From assembly GCA_963676875.1 (NCBI GenBank), contig OY781436.1, forward strand, positions 2,803,281-2,867,280: a stretch of 64,000 nucleotides of DNA, given 5' to 3'. The notes below the pieces were generated by a model. It had not been told where the DNA came from. It saw only the letters and a program-made list of their open reading frames with translations, and made no database searches. A program made the translations under genes and the position numbers. Positions 11,985 through 21,440 of this stretch are shown here, piece by piece (the stretch's first letter is position 1; each line of letters starts with the position of its first letter). This DNA comes from Bacteroidales bacterium (GTDB taxonomy: Bacteria; Bacteroidota; Bacteroidia; Bacteroidales; F082).

Positions 11985-12080
11985 AAAAAAATTGGGGTAC
12001 AAGGGGTTGAAAATGATCGTTTTTAAAGGATTTTTGATGTTTCATCCACAGAATGATGGAGGGATAACAGACTATTGTGT

Positions 12081-14147
12081 TTACGACGGAATTACGACGG
12101 AATAAATTCCATCAATACTATTCAAGCGTGCCAATGGCACTGGCAAAAAAACTTTCAAAACACAAACCCACCGATCCCGGAACAAAACCCCAAAATGCCG
12201 GAGGCATGACCGACAATTATCCCCGGATTTTATCCCGGGACAGAGAAAGCCGACAGTTCTTTGTTACGACGGAATAAATTCCATCGATACTGTTCGAGCG
12301 TGCCAATGGCACTGGCAAAAAAACTTTCAAAACACAAACCCACCGATCCCGGAACAAAACCCCAAAATGCCGGAGGCATGACCGACAATTATCCCCGGAT
12401 TTTATCCCGGGACAGAGAAAGCCGACAGTTCTTTGTTACGACGGAATAAATTCCATCGATACTGTTCGAGCGTGCCAATGGCACTAGAAAAAAAACTTTC
12501 AAAACACAAAATCCACCAAACCCGTAACACCCCCCCAATGCCAGAGGCATGACCGACAATTATCCCCGGATTTTAATCCCGGGGATAGAAAAATCCAACA
12601 GTTCTTTTTTACGACGGAATAAATACCATCGATACTGTTCAAGCGTGCCAATGGCACTAGAAAAAAAACTTTCAAAACACAAAATCCACCGATCCCGGAA
12701 CAAAAACCCCAAATGCCGGAGGCATGACCGAATATTATCCCCGGATTTTAATCCCGGGGATAGAAAAATCCAACAGTTCTTTTTTACGACGGAATAAATT
12801 CCATCGATACTGTTCGAGCGTGCCAATGGCACTGGCAAAAAAAACTTTCAAAACACAAATCCACCGAACCCGGAACAAAAACCCCAAATGCCGGAGGCAT
12901 GACCGAATATTATCCCCGGATTTTAATCCCGGGACAGAGAAAGCCGACAGTTCTTTGTTACGACGGAATAAATTCCATCGATACCATTCTAGCGTGCCAT
13001 GGACACTGGCAAAAAACTTTCAAAACACAAACCCACCGATCCCGGAACAAAACCCCCCAATGCCGGAGGCATGACCGAATATTATCCCCGGATTTTAATC
13101 CCGGGGATAGAAAAATCCAACAGTTCTTTTTTACGACGGAATAAATTCCATCGATACTGTTCAATCGTGCCTATGGCACTGGCAAAAAACTTTCAAAACA
13201 CAAAATCCACTGATCCCGGAACAAAACCCCAAAATGCCGGAGGCATGACCGAATATTATCCCCGGATTTTAATCCCGGGACAGAGAAAGCCGACAGTTCT
13301 TTGTTACGACGGAATAAATTCCATCGATACCATTCTAGCGTGCCATGGAAACTGGCAAAAAAATTTCAAAACACAAACCCACCGATCCCGGAACAAAACC
13401 CCCCAATGCCGGAGGCATGACCGAATATTATCCCCGGATTTTAATCCCGGGACAGAGAAAGCCGACAGTTCTTTGTTACGACGGAATAAATTCCATCGAT
13501 ACCATTCTAGCGTGCCATGGAAACTGGCAAAAAAATTTCAAAACACAAAATCCACCGATCCCGGAACAAAAACCCCAAATGCCGGAGGCATGACCGAATA
13601 TTATCCCCGGATTTTAATCCCGGGGATAGAAAAATCCAACAGTTTTTTGTTACGACGGAATAAATTCCATCGATACTGTTCGAGCGTGCCAATGGCACTG
13701 GCAAAAAAAACTTTCAAAACACAAATCCACCGAACCCGGAACAAAAACCCCAAATGCCGGAGGCATGACCGAATATTATCCCCGGATTTTAATCCCGGGA
13801 CAGAGAAAGCCGACAGTTCTTTGTTACGACGGAATAAATTCCATCGATACTGTTCGAGCGTGCCATGGACACTGGCAAAAAAATTTCAAAACACAAACCC
13901 ACCGATCCCGGAACAAAACCCCCCAATGCCGGAGGCGTGACCGACAATTATCCCCGGATTTTAATCCCGGGACAGAAAAATCCAACAGTTCTTTTTTACG
14001 ACGGAATAAATACCATCGATACTGTTCAAGCGTGCCAATGGCACTGGCAAAAAAAACTTTCAAAACACAAAATCCACTGATCCCGGAACAAAACCCCCAA
14101 ATGCCGGAGGCATGACCGACAATTATCCCCGGATTTTAATCCCGGGG
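12081..14147. repeat. Tandem array of 12 units of ~173 bp (172-175 bp), non-coding and hairpin-bearing
   Basis: TTACGACGGAATAAAT recurs at 12092, 12264, 12436, 12609, 12784, 12958, 13131, 13304, 13476, 13650, 13824 and 13996. An 11-bp stutter sits at 12081 and the last unit is truncated at ~14147. Every unit carries the palindromes GTGCC-AAT-GGCAC and CCCCGG-ATTTTAATC-CCGGGG (e.g. 12739-12759). Confidence 0.95.
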
Positions 14148-14160
14148 CTCCTCCGGGCTT

Positions 14161-14197
14161 AAAAACAAAAAAAGCACCCGAACCAAGTCCGGATGCT
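14161..14197 (-). terminator. Intrinsic terminator of the flavoprotein operon
   Basis: Minus strand reads AGCATCCG-GACTTGGTT-CGGGTGCT followed by TTTTTTTGTTTTT. It lies 28 nt after the stop at 14225. Confidence 0.65.
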
Positions 14198-14224
14198 TTT
14201 GTGTTCTTATCGAAAAACCATTTG

Positions 14225-15223
14225 TTACTTGTAATCGCCGAAATACTTCATAAACTGCAATCGTTCGTACACCTCCGGATTTACGCTTTTGGCCTGACTG
14301 AGTCGTCCGCGAAACTGGTGGATGGTTTCAAAACCTTTTCCTTCCATCCAACGACGGACAAACGACAACACCTCAGCAATATGGGCCGGTCCATGCTGGT
14401 AGAGGGCAGATGCCATTTGAACCACGGTAGCGCCGGCAAGCAGTTGTTTCACCACAGCTTCGCCATCGTGGATACCGGTGGTGGCAGCTAAATCCATATT
14501 CACGCGCTTGGCCATCATAGCTATCCAACGAAGTGAGTTGGCCATCTCCACCGGGGAGCTCATCACGTCGGCCACGGTGGTTTTCATGTTATAAATATCA
14601 ATATCGGGACTGCTAAAACGGTTGAAGAGCACCACCCCATCGGCCTTATTTTCTTCCAGCCCTTTGATTACACTTCCCAGGTTGCTGAAGTAGGGACTTA
14701 TTTTAACCGACACCGGAATACGCACGGCGGCCTTTACCTTTTTCAACACGTTGTAATACACTTTCTCATTGCCATCGCAGGTATTGTTTAAGTTGAAAGG
14801 CATCACAAAAATGTTGAGCTCCAGCGCATCGGCTCCGGCTTTTTCCATTTGTTTGGCAAAGTTGGTCCACTCCAACGACGACATGCAGTTGATGCTCGCG
14901 ATGATGGGTATTTTCACTTCATTTTTGGCCTGTTCAATCATCTTGAGGGCTTTGCCCAATTCTTCCTCTTTGATATGAACATCCACGTAATCAAATGTTT
15001 CGCTATAATCCACAAAGAGTTCACCATGTTCTTCGGCTTTGCGCACGCGGTAGTCGCCTTCCATCAAAATTTGCTCTTCAAACAAGGATTTCAAAACCAC
15101 GGCTCCGGCTCCATGTTTTTCCAGTTCCACAATTTTTTTTACTGAGTCGGTAAGTCCTGAACTGGCTACCACCAGTGGATTGCGTAGGTTTAGTCCAAGA
15201 TATCTTGTATTCAAATCTGCCAT
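14225..15223 (-). CDS. Dihydroorotate dehydrogenase-like (class-1 DHOD/PreA-like TIM-barrel flavoprotein)
   Basis: 332 aa. The N-terminus (YLGLNLRNPLVVASSGLT...HGAGAVVLKSLFEEQ) is typical of the DHOD-like family. Last gene of the operon. Confidence 0.75.
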   Translation of the reverse strand: MADLNTRYLGLNLRNPLVVASSGLTDSVKKIVELEKHGAGAVVLKSLFEEQILMEGDYRVRKAEEHGELFVDYSETFDYVDVHIKEEELGKALKMIEQAKNEVKIPIIASINCMSSLEWTNFAKQMEKAGADALELNIFVMPFNLNNTCDGNEKVYYNVLKKVKAAVRIPVSVKISPYFSNLGSVIKGLEENKADGVVLFNRFSSPDIDIYNMKTTVADVMSSPVEMANSLRWIAMMAKRVNMDLAATTGIHDGEAVVKQLLAGATVVQMASALYQHGPAHIAEVLSFVRRWMEGKGFETIHQFRGRLSQAKSVNPEVYERLQFMKYFGDYK

Positions 15224-15240
15224 TTTCTTCGTGTTTTGAA

Positions 15241-18200
15241 TTAATAACGTTTAAAAGCTTCCTCAAATTCCACGTCGAAACGCTTCATCAAGTAGTCGCA
15301 ACCATGATCGAACATCCGTTGAGGAGAGTCGCCATCGGTAATTAAAAAGGCCATGGGCTTATCTTCGGTAACGGGCAAATGACCAATAATTTCAGTAAAT
15401 ACGCTGTCGGTATTGGCTTCTCCATCCATATTGAACTCCTTTCCCAAAGCCACCAATTGATGGAGGTTGGTCTGTTCAATTTTCGGTTCTATCTGCTGAC
15501 CAAACTGCTGCAACACTTTTTGGGTATTGGTGAAGCTTCCGGCAGATTCCATGGGAAACGATGCGGGCAACACCAGCGAGGCCATTTTAGCGGTTTCGGT
15601 CATAAAATAATCCTGAACCACCACAAACGGAACGCCTTCAAACCAAGAGCGGATTTCTTGCTGGTCGATGGCGGTTCCCACAGGATCTTCTCCAAATACC
15701 AACATGTTTTTAATGGCTTTGGATTGGAACAATTCCTTCATTTTGGGTCGGTCGCCGCGAGGTTTCTCAATCCCTCCGGTCTCAATGCAGCCAAAGGCGC
15801 CCATGTCGAACAATCCCTGGGCATTGTTTTTCTCCTTCAGGGGCATGAGTCCGCTGGCGGTTTTGCCCAGTTTTCCGGTAATCATGGCCAGGTTATACAA
15901 CTCTCTGGAAGTGTTTACACTGATGTATTTTTCAGAAAATATCAGCACGGCATTCAATTCGAGGTTGTAGGCATGAGCCCATTGTGCGATGTGATCTTCC
16001 GAAACTCCTGCTTGTTCGCACAAAGCCTCCATCGACAAACCGCTGACCGCTTCTGCATAGGCATCGAATCCGGTGGTGTTGTCGTCGATAAAGAGTTGGT
16101 TTTGCAAACCGTTGGTAATCAAATATCTGTTGGCAGCCATCACAAAAGCATAATAGTCCTTTATGGGTAAGAAAGTATCGATTTTGTGCATGGCTGAGGG
16201 GAATTCATTGGTAGAGAGTTGCTCTACTTCGATGCCCTTTTTGGCTCTGGCCTGATTGACCAGGAAACCTACATAGTCGTGATCTTCCTGAAGCTCGGCA
16301 CCAAAGAGATAAATTTTGGAGGCCTCCTCAAGTTGATCGAAGGGAACATTTTTCAATGAATTGATGGCATAACCTTTTCCCCTGCCCATGTAATGGAAGT
16401 TGGCGATATTCGGTGTTTTAATTCCCTGACGCGTCCATTTTTGAATGAGGTAGATTTCTTCGTTGGTCAAACGGGCACCTGCAAATACCGCAGATTCCTC
16501 GGGCTTGGCTGACTTCACCTTATCGGCAATCAGTTGATAAGCTTCTTCAAAGGTGATGGCTTCCCATTGAGATCCCTTTTTAAGCAGCGGCGTTTTTATC
16601 CTCGAAGAGTCGTTAAGGTAGCGATAGCCAAACTTGGCACGACGGCCAATACTGCCTTTTTGGTTTACCAAACCCTGACGGCCTTCCACGCGCATGACAA
16701 AATTATTTTTGTACGACATGAGGTGCATGGCCACACCTTCGGAACCATAATTGTCGATGGCTTCCAGGGGATTTTCAACCACCGGACCCGGTTTAAACAG
16801 GAAGTTTTCGGAAATGGCTCCCGTGGGACAGGTGTCGATACACAAGCCACACGACTGGCAGTTGGTATCGGTAAGTTTATCGCCCAAACTCGGTGCCACG
16901 TAGGTTTTAAAACCTCTGTTAACAAGACCGAGGGCATTGTCGCCGGCTATTTCAGAACATATGCGGATACAGCGCGAACAAAGAATACATTTGTTGTTGT
17001 CGATTTCGATGTAAGGATGAGAAAAATCCACGCGATATTCGTTGTAATCGCCGGCAAATTTTTCTTGCTCCACACCATATTCATCCGAATATTTTTGCAA
17101 ATCGCAGTGATAAAACTCCTGACAGCCACATTCCAAACAACGTTGGGCTTCGTTTCGGGCCACACTTTCGTTGGCATAACCCAATTCCACTTCCATAAAG
17201 TTGATGCGGTTGTCGGGGTCGAGGGTGGGCATTTCTTCGCGGGTTTGATGCACAAAACTGTCCACATAATCGGCAGGAACCTGCTTTTTGAAATGGTCTT
17301 TTTTGCTGAGGAATGGACGTTTTTCGGGTTTCAATGCTTGACCGCTCAAAAACTGATGACACGACAACGAAGCTTTTTTGGCCTGCGCAATGGCTTCGAT
17401 GATGGTGGCGGGTCCGGTAACGCCGTCTCCGGCTGCAAACACCGATGGAATACCTGTTTGAAGGGTATGTTTGTCGGCGTCCACATCACCCCAGCGGGTT
17501 AGTTTAAGTTGACCACCCTGTGCCGACGCGTTGATGTCATCAATAAAATTCACGTCTGTTTTTTGTCCGATGGCTGCCAGGATATAATCCACTTCCAGCT
17601 CATATTCAGAACCTTCCACCGGCACGGGACGTCTTCTGCCTGAAGCGTCGGGCTCACCCAATTCCATTTTGATCAGGGTAACTGATTTCAGTTTTCCTTG
17701 GGCGTCTTTGTTTACCTGAACAGGATTATTCAAAAACAGGTACTCCACTCCTTCGAGTTTCGATTCGTGGATTTCGATGGGGTTGGCGGGCATCTCTTTT
17801 TCGGTACGGCGATACACCACCTTAACGTCGGTACTTCCACAACGAATGGAGGTACGGCAGCAGTCCATGGCTGTGTTTCCACCTCCGACCACCATAATTT
17901 TTTTACCGGTGAAGTCGGCAGGTTTTCCGGTCATTTCCATGTTTTTCAGAAAATCGATACCCGAATATACATTTTCGGCATCGTCGCCGGGAGTTCCGAT
18001 CAGGGTACCCTTTTGCGAACCGATGGTGAGGATGGTGGCGTCATATTCCTTTTGGAGGTCGGCATAGGAGACATTTTCTCCCAGTTTTTTACCACAAAAA
18101 ATACGGGTGCCCAATTCGGTAATGGTTTCTATTTCTTTGTCGAGCAAATCGTTGGGTAATCTGTATTCGGGAATTCCATAACGCAGCCAACCTCCGGGTT

Positions 18201-18888
18201 TGGGGGCAGCTTCAAAGATATCGCATTGATGACCTTTTTGTTGCAGGAAATAGGCTGCCGATAATCCTCCGGGACCGGCGCCGATGATGGCAATTTTTTT
18301 ACCTGTAGAAGGAGCCACTTCGGGTTTGAAGTGGTTTCCGCTTTCCAAATCCCAGTCGCTGGCAAAGCGTTTCATGTAGTCGATGCCCACGGGAGCGCCT
18401 TCATCCATGAGGTTGCGTCGGCAAGCGGCTTCGCAGGGGCGCACACACACACGACCACAAATGGCCGGCAAAGGGTTAACCTCCTTGATCAGGGCCACGG
18501 CTTCGTGGTACATACCCTTATCAATCAACGAGATATAGCCCTGAACATCCACATTGGCCGGACATGTTTGGATACATGGTGCCTGGCAATCGGCATAGTG
18601 ATTACTCATGATCAGGTCGAGGGCCGACTTACGTGACTTGTGCACCTTTTCGCTGTCGGTAATCACCTTCATGTCGGGGGTAATACGTGTGGAGCAACTG
18701 GGTTGCAGTCCGCGCATGCCTTCCACCTCCACTACACACACAAAACACGATGAATAGGGGTCGAGACGTGGGTCGTTGCAGAGGGTTGGAATTTCAATAT
18801 GGTTTCGTCGGGCCACATCCAGGATATATTCACCTTTGGTTCCCGTTACCGTTTTTCCGTTTAGCGTGATATTTATTTTTTCGCTCAT
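15241..18888 (-). CDS. Fusion protein: N-terminal [2Fe-2S] ferredoxin + GltD-like FAD/NAD(P) oxidoreductase + 2x[4Fe-4S] + NuoG/formate-dehydrogenase-like molybdopterin-fold domain
   Basis: 1215 aa. The modules in order are: CNDPRLDPYSSCFVCVVEV (NuoG-type 2Fe-2S); CPANVDV..ICGRVCVRPCEAAC and IAIIGAGPGGLSAAYFL (GltD-like); CILCSRCIRIC and CQSCGLCIDTCPTGA (4Fe-4S). The C-terminal ~500 aa is molybdopterin-oxidoreductase-like and I saw no N-terminal Cys cluster in it. Confidence 0.75.
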   Translation of the reverse strand: MSEKINITLNGKTVTGTKGEYILDVARRNHIEIPTLCNDPRLDPYSSCFVCVVEVEGMRGLQPSCSTRITPDMKVITDSEKVHKSRKSALDLIMSNHYADCQAPCIQTCPANVDVQGYISLIDKGMYHEAVALIKEVNPLPAICGRVCVRPCEAACRRNLMDEGAPVGIDYMKRFASDWDLESGNHFKPEVAPSTGKKIAIIGAGPGGLSAAYFLQQKGHQCDIFEAAPKPGGWLRYGIPEYRLPNDLLDKEIETITELGTRIFCGKKLGENVSYADLQKEYDATILTIGSQKGTLIGTPGDDAENVYSGIDFLKNMEMTGKPADFTGKKIMVVGGGNTAMDCCRTSIRCGSTDVKVVYRRTEKEMPANPIEIHESKLEGVEYLFLNNPVQVNKDAQGKLKSVTLIKMELGEPDASGRRRPVPVEGSEYELEVDYILAAIGQKTDVNFIDDINASAQGGQLKLTRWGDVDADKHTLQTGIPSVFAAGDGVTGPATIIEAIAQAKKASLSCHQFLSGQALKPEKRPFLSKKDHFKKQVPADYVDSFVHQTREEMPTLDPDNRINFMEVELGYANESVARNEAQRCLECGCQEFYHCDLQKYSDEYGVEQEKFAGDYNEYRVDFSHPYIEIDNNKCILCSRCIRICSEIAGDNALGLVNRGFKTYVAPSLGDKLTDTNCQSCGLCIDTCPTGAISENFLFKPGPVVENPLEAIDNYGSEGVAMHLMSYKNNFVMRVEGRQGLVNQKGSIGRRAKFGYRYLNDSSRIKTPLLKKGSQWEAITFEEAYQLIADKVKSAKPEESAVFAGARLTNEEIYLIQKWTRQGIKTPNIANFHYMGRGKGYAINSLKNVPFDQLEEASKIYLFGAELQEDHDYVGFLVNQARAKKGIEVEQLSTNEFPSAMHKIDTFLPIKDYYAFVMAANRYLITNGLQNQLFIDDNTTGFDAYAEAVSGLSMEALCEQAGVSEDHIAQWAHAYNLELNAVLIFSEKYISVNTSRELYNLAMITGKLGKTASGLMPLKEKNNAQGLFDMGAFGCIETGGIEKPRGDRPKMKELFQSKAIKNMLVFGEDPVGTAIDQQEIRSWFEGVPFVVVQDYFMTETAKMASLVLPASFPMESAGSFTNTQKVLQQFGQQIEPKIEQTNLHQLVALGKEFNMDGEANTDSVFTEIIGHLPVTEDKPMAFLITDGDSPQRMFDHGCDYLMKRFDVEFEEAFKRY

Positions 18889-18911
18889 GATTCAACTCAA
18901 TTTTTTCTTAA

Positions 18912-20687
18912 CTAATACACCCTGATGGCATCGAAATTACAACCGGCAAAACATTCACCGCAGCGGATACACGAATCCTGGTTGATGAAGTGAACCTCCT
19001 TGCGGGAACCATCGATACAACTTACCGGACATTTTACGGCACAAACCGTACATCCGGTGCACAAGTCAGGAATTACTTCGTAAGTCAGGAGTGCTTTACA
19101 ATTTTTGGCCGGACATCTTTTATCGTTGATGTGTGCTTCATATTCATCACGGAAATATTTGATGGTGGTAAGCACCGGATTGGGAGCCGTTTGTCCCAAA
19201 CCGCAAAGAGAACCATCTTTAATTTGCTGAGAAAGTTCTTCAAGCAGTTCGATATCGCCTTCCTTACCTTGTCCTTCGGTAATGCGGGTGAGAATTTCGA
19301 GCATGCGTTTGGTTCCAATGCGGCAGAAGGTACATTTTCCACAGGATTCTTCCTGAGTAAAATTCAGGAAAAAGCGTGCCATATCCACCATACAAGTGGT
19401 TTCGTCCATCACCACCATACCGCCCGATCCCATGATGGCGCCCGTGGCATTCACCGAATCGTAATCCACTTTGGTGTCGATGAGTGATTCGGGAATACAA
19501 CCTCCCGAAGGGCCTCCCAACTGTACGGCTTTAAATTTTTTATCTTCCTGAATACCTCCGCCCAGGTCGTAGATAATCTCGCGAATGGTCACGCCCATGG
19601 GCACTTCCACGAGTCCACCATGTTTGATTTTTCCCGTAAGGGCAAAAACCTTGGTTCCTTTGCTTTTTTCGGTTCCGTATTTATTGTAGGCATCGGCACC
19701 ATTAAGCAAGATGTAAGGGATATTGGCAAAGGTTTCCACGTTGTTGATGTTGGTGGGCTTGTTCCACAGTCCGCGTTCGGCCGGGAAAGGAGGACGTTTG
19801 CGGGGCATACCACGTTCGCCTTCCACCGAGGCAATAAGGGCCGTTTCTTCACCACAAACAAAAGCCCCGGCACCTTCTTTTACATAGATGTCGAGATCGA
19901 ATCCTTTGATACCCAGAATATTTTTGCCCAGATACCCTTTTTCGCGGGCTTGCTTCAAGGCGATGTTGAGGCGTTTGATGGCCAGGGGATATTCGGCACG
20001 GCAGTAAATGACGCCTCCTGTGGCTTTCATGGCATAAGCACCGATAATCATCCCTTCGATGACGGCATGTGGGTCGCCTTCGAGGAGTGAACGGTCCATG
20101 AATGCGCCCGGGTCACCTTCGTCGGCATTGCAGATGATGTATTTTTCGTCGCTTTGACTGTTGTTGGCAAACTTCCATTTGAGTCCGGTGGGAAAACCTC
20201 CGCCGCCACGTCCGCGAATGCCTGAATCGAGCACCGTTTTGATGACCTCGTCCTGACTAATTTTTTCGGTGGCAATTTTGCGGATGGCTTGGTAGGCTTT
20301 GCGTGCTTCGGCCTCCTCGATGGATTCGGGATCCATGTATCCACAATTGCGCAGGGCTATTTTCACCTGTCCGGCAAAATATTTTTCTTCATGGCCGTGC
20401 ATCACGTCCGACTCCATCACATAATCTTCGATTACCTGACCGTTTTTGATGTGTTTTTCGATGAGTTCTTCCATTTTTTTCTCATCGATATCACCATAAA
20501 TGTAGTGACCTTTTTCGTCCACCACTTCCACGAGCGGCTCCCTGTAGCACATGCCTATACAACTGGTTTGCTTTAGCTCGGCGTTCAGGTTTTCTGTTTG
20601 GAGGAGCGATTGGGCTTTGGCATACACCTTACCTGCACCGGCGGCAATACCACAACTTCCCAATCCCACTATAATCTGTTTTTTCAT
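18912..20687 (-). CDS. NuoF/HydB-like NADH-binding FMN flavoprotein subunit
   Basis: 591 aa with an N-terminal thioredoxin-like Cys pair region, the GRGGGGFPTGLKWKF FMN/NADH site, the SCGKCTFCR N3 cluster, and a C-terminal 2x[4Fe-4S] (CTGCTVCAVKCP, CIRCGECFAGC). Confidence 0.9.
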   Translation of the reverse strand: MKKQIIVGLGSCGIAAGAGKVYAKAQSLLQTENLNAELKQTSCIGMCYREPLVEVVDEKGHYIYGDIDEKKMEELIEKHIKNGQVIEDYVMESDVMHGHEEKYFAGQVKIALRNCGYMDPESIEEAEARKAYQAIRKIATEKISQDEVIKTVLDSGIRGRGGGGFPTGLKWKFANNSQSDEKYIICNADEGDPGAFMDRSLLEGDPHAVIEGMIIGAYAMKATGGVIYCRAEYPLAIKRLNIALKQAREKGYLGKNILGIKGFDLDIYVKEGAGAFVCGEETALIASVEGERGMPRKRPPFPAERGLWNKPTNINNVETFANIPYILLNGADAYNKYGTEKSKGTKVFALTGKIKHGGLVEVPMGVTIREIIYDLGGGIQEDKKFKAVQLGGPSGGCIPESLIDTKVDYDSVNATGAIMGSGGMVVMDETTCMVDMARFFLNFTQEESCGKCTFCRIGTKRMLEILTRITEGQGKEGDIELLEELSQQIKDGSLCGLGQTAPNPVLTTIKYFRDEYEAHINDKRCPAKNCKALLTYEVIPDLCTGCTVCAVKCPVSCIDGSRKEVHFINQDSCIRCGECFAGCNFDAIRVY

Positions 20688-20743
20688 CTGATACTATTTA
20701 ACATGATCTTCTGATTTGTCATCCTCATTTTGGGTGTTTCCCG

Positions 20744-21262
20744 TTACATGGTTTCCTTGCGGCGTATGTCCTTTATTACCCGAGCGGCTTTTTTGCCGTT
20801 TAGGCTACCGAAAGTTTCGTCGCCAATCATCATCACCGGAGCGAGTGAGCAGCAACCCAGACAGGCCACCGATTCCAGGGTAAACAGGTTGTCTTCGGTG
20901 GTATGGCCATCTTTCACACCCAATTCTTTTTCGAGTGCTTCGGTAATTTTGGTGGCACTCTGCACATGACAGGCTGTTCCGTGGCACACCTTGATGATGT
21001 GTTTTCCCACCGGGTTCAGCCTGAACTGAGCATAAAAAGTAGCCACGCCATACATGTCGTTTAGCTTTAGTCCCATCTCCTCGTTGAGTTTGATAAATGC
21101 CTCACGCGGAACGTATCCGAATATGGTTTGAACTCCTTGTAATACGGGGATCAAATTACCTTTTTTGCCTCGGTATTTTTCGATGAGGGGATTTATGAGA
21201 GAAAGGTTAACTTCAGGTGTTTCAGTTGTTTGCAAACTGACTTTTTTCCTGGCAATTCTCAT
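20744..21262 (-). CDS. NuoE/HydC-like [2Fe-2S] thioredoxin-fold subunit
   Basis: 172 aa. The CHGTAC...CLGCCSLAP motif is typical of NuoE. Confidence 0.9.
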   Translation of the reverse strand: MRIARKKVSLQTTETPEVNLSLINPLIEKYRGKKGNLIPVLQGVQTIFGYVPREAFIKLNEEMGLKLNDMYGVATFYAQFRLNPVGKHIIKVCHGTACHVQSATKITEALEKELGVKDGHTTEDNLFTLESVACLGCCSLAPVMMIGDETFGSLNGKKAARVIKDIRRKETM

Positions 21263-21440
21263 AGGTTTGCGAATTTTAATTTTAGAAGTGGGAAAATTAC
21301 GAAATGTACTTCAACTGACGTTGGAGGGTGGGAAATTTATACTAAGTCTGAATAATGATTGGAGATTCAACCTCCCATTATTGGGATGAAAGGGTGATTG
21401 AAAAAAATTTAGTGTCAGGTGAAATGGCATTTTGGCTATT

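Noticed and set aside
12999-13940. A 313-aa ORF, and a dozen 60-116-aa ORFs on both strands, running through the tandem array. They could be read as a repeat protein or as tandem RiPP-like precursor peptides.
   Set aside because: Unit lengths vary (172-175 bp), so the frame relative to the repeat shifts from unit to unit. The same DNA is read in different frames in different units, the ATG-initiated ORFs end after 24 or 47-48 codons or read through, and no start context or -7 box precedes them. The open frames follow from the A/C-rich, stop-poor composition.
12081-14147. A CRISPR array or integron cassette array.
   Set aside because: The whole 173-bp unit is repeated, with no unique spacers between short repeats. 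Variation is bi-allelic, not unit-specific. There is no cas gene or leader. The boundary GTTACGAC does not fit the attC R' core GTTRRRY, and no intI is present.
15241-18888. The 1215-aa subunit as an [FeFe]-hydrogenase HydA or a formate dehydrogenase catalytic subunit, suggested by the adjacent NuoE/NuoF-like genes.
   Set aside because: I found no H-cluster motifs (TSCCP-type). I saw no Cys-rich 4Fe-4S start in the molybdopterin-like domain (IDNYGSEGVAMHLMSYKNNF...), and I did not identify a Cys/Sec Mo ligand. A GltD-like module is inserted instead.
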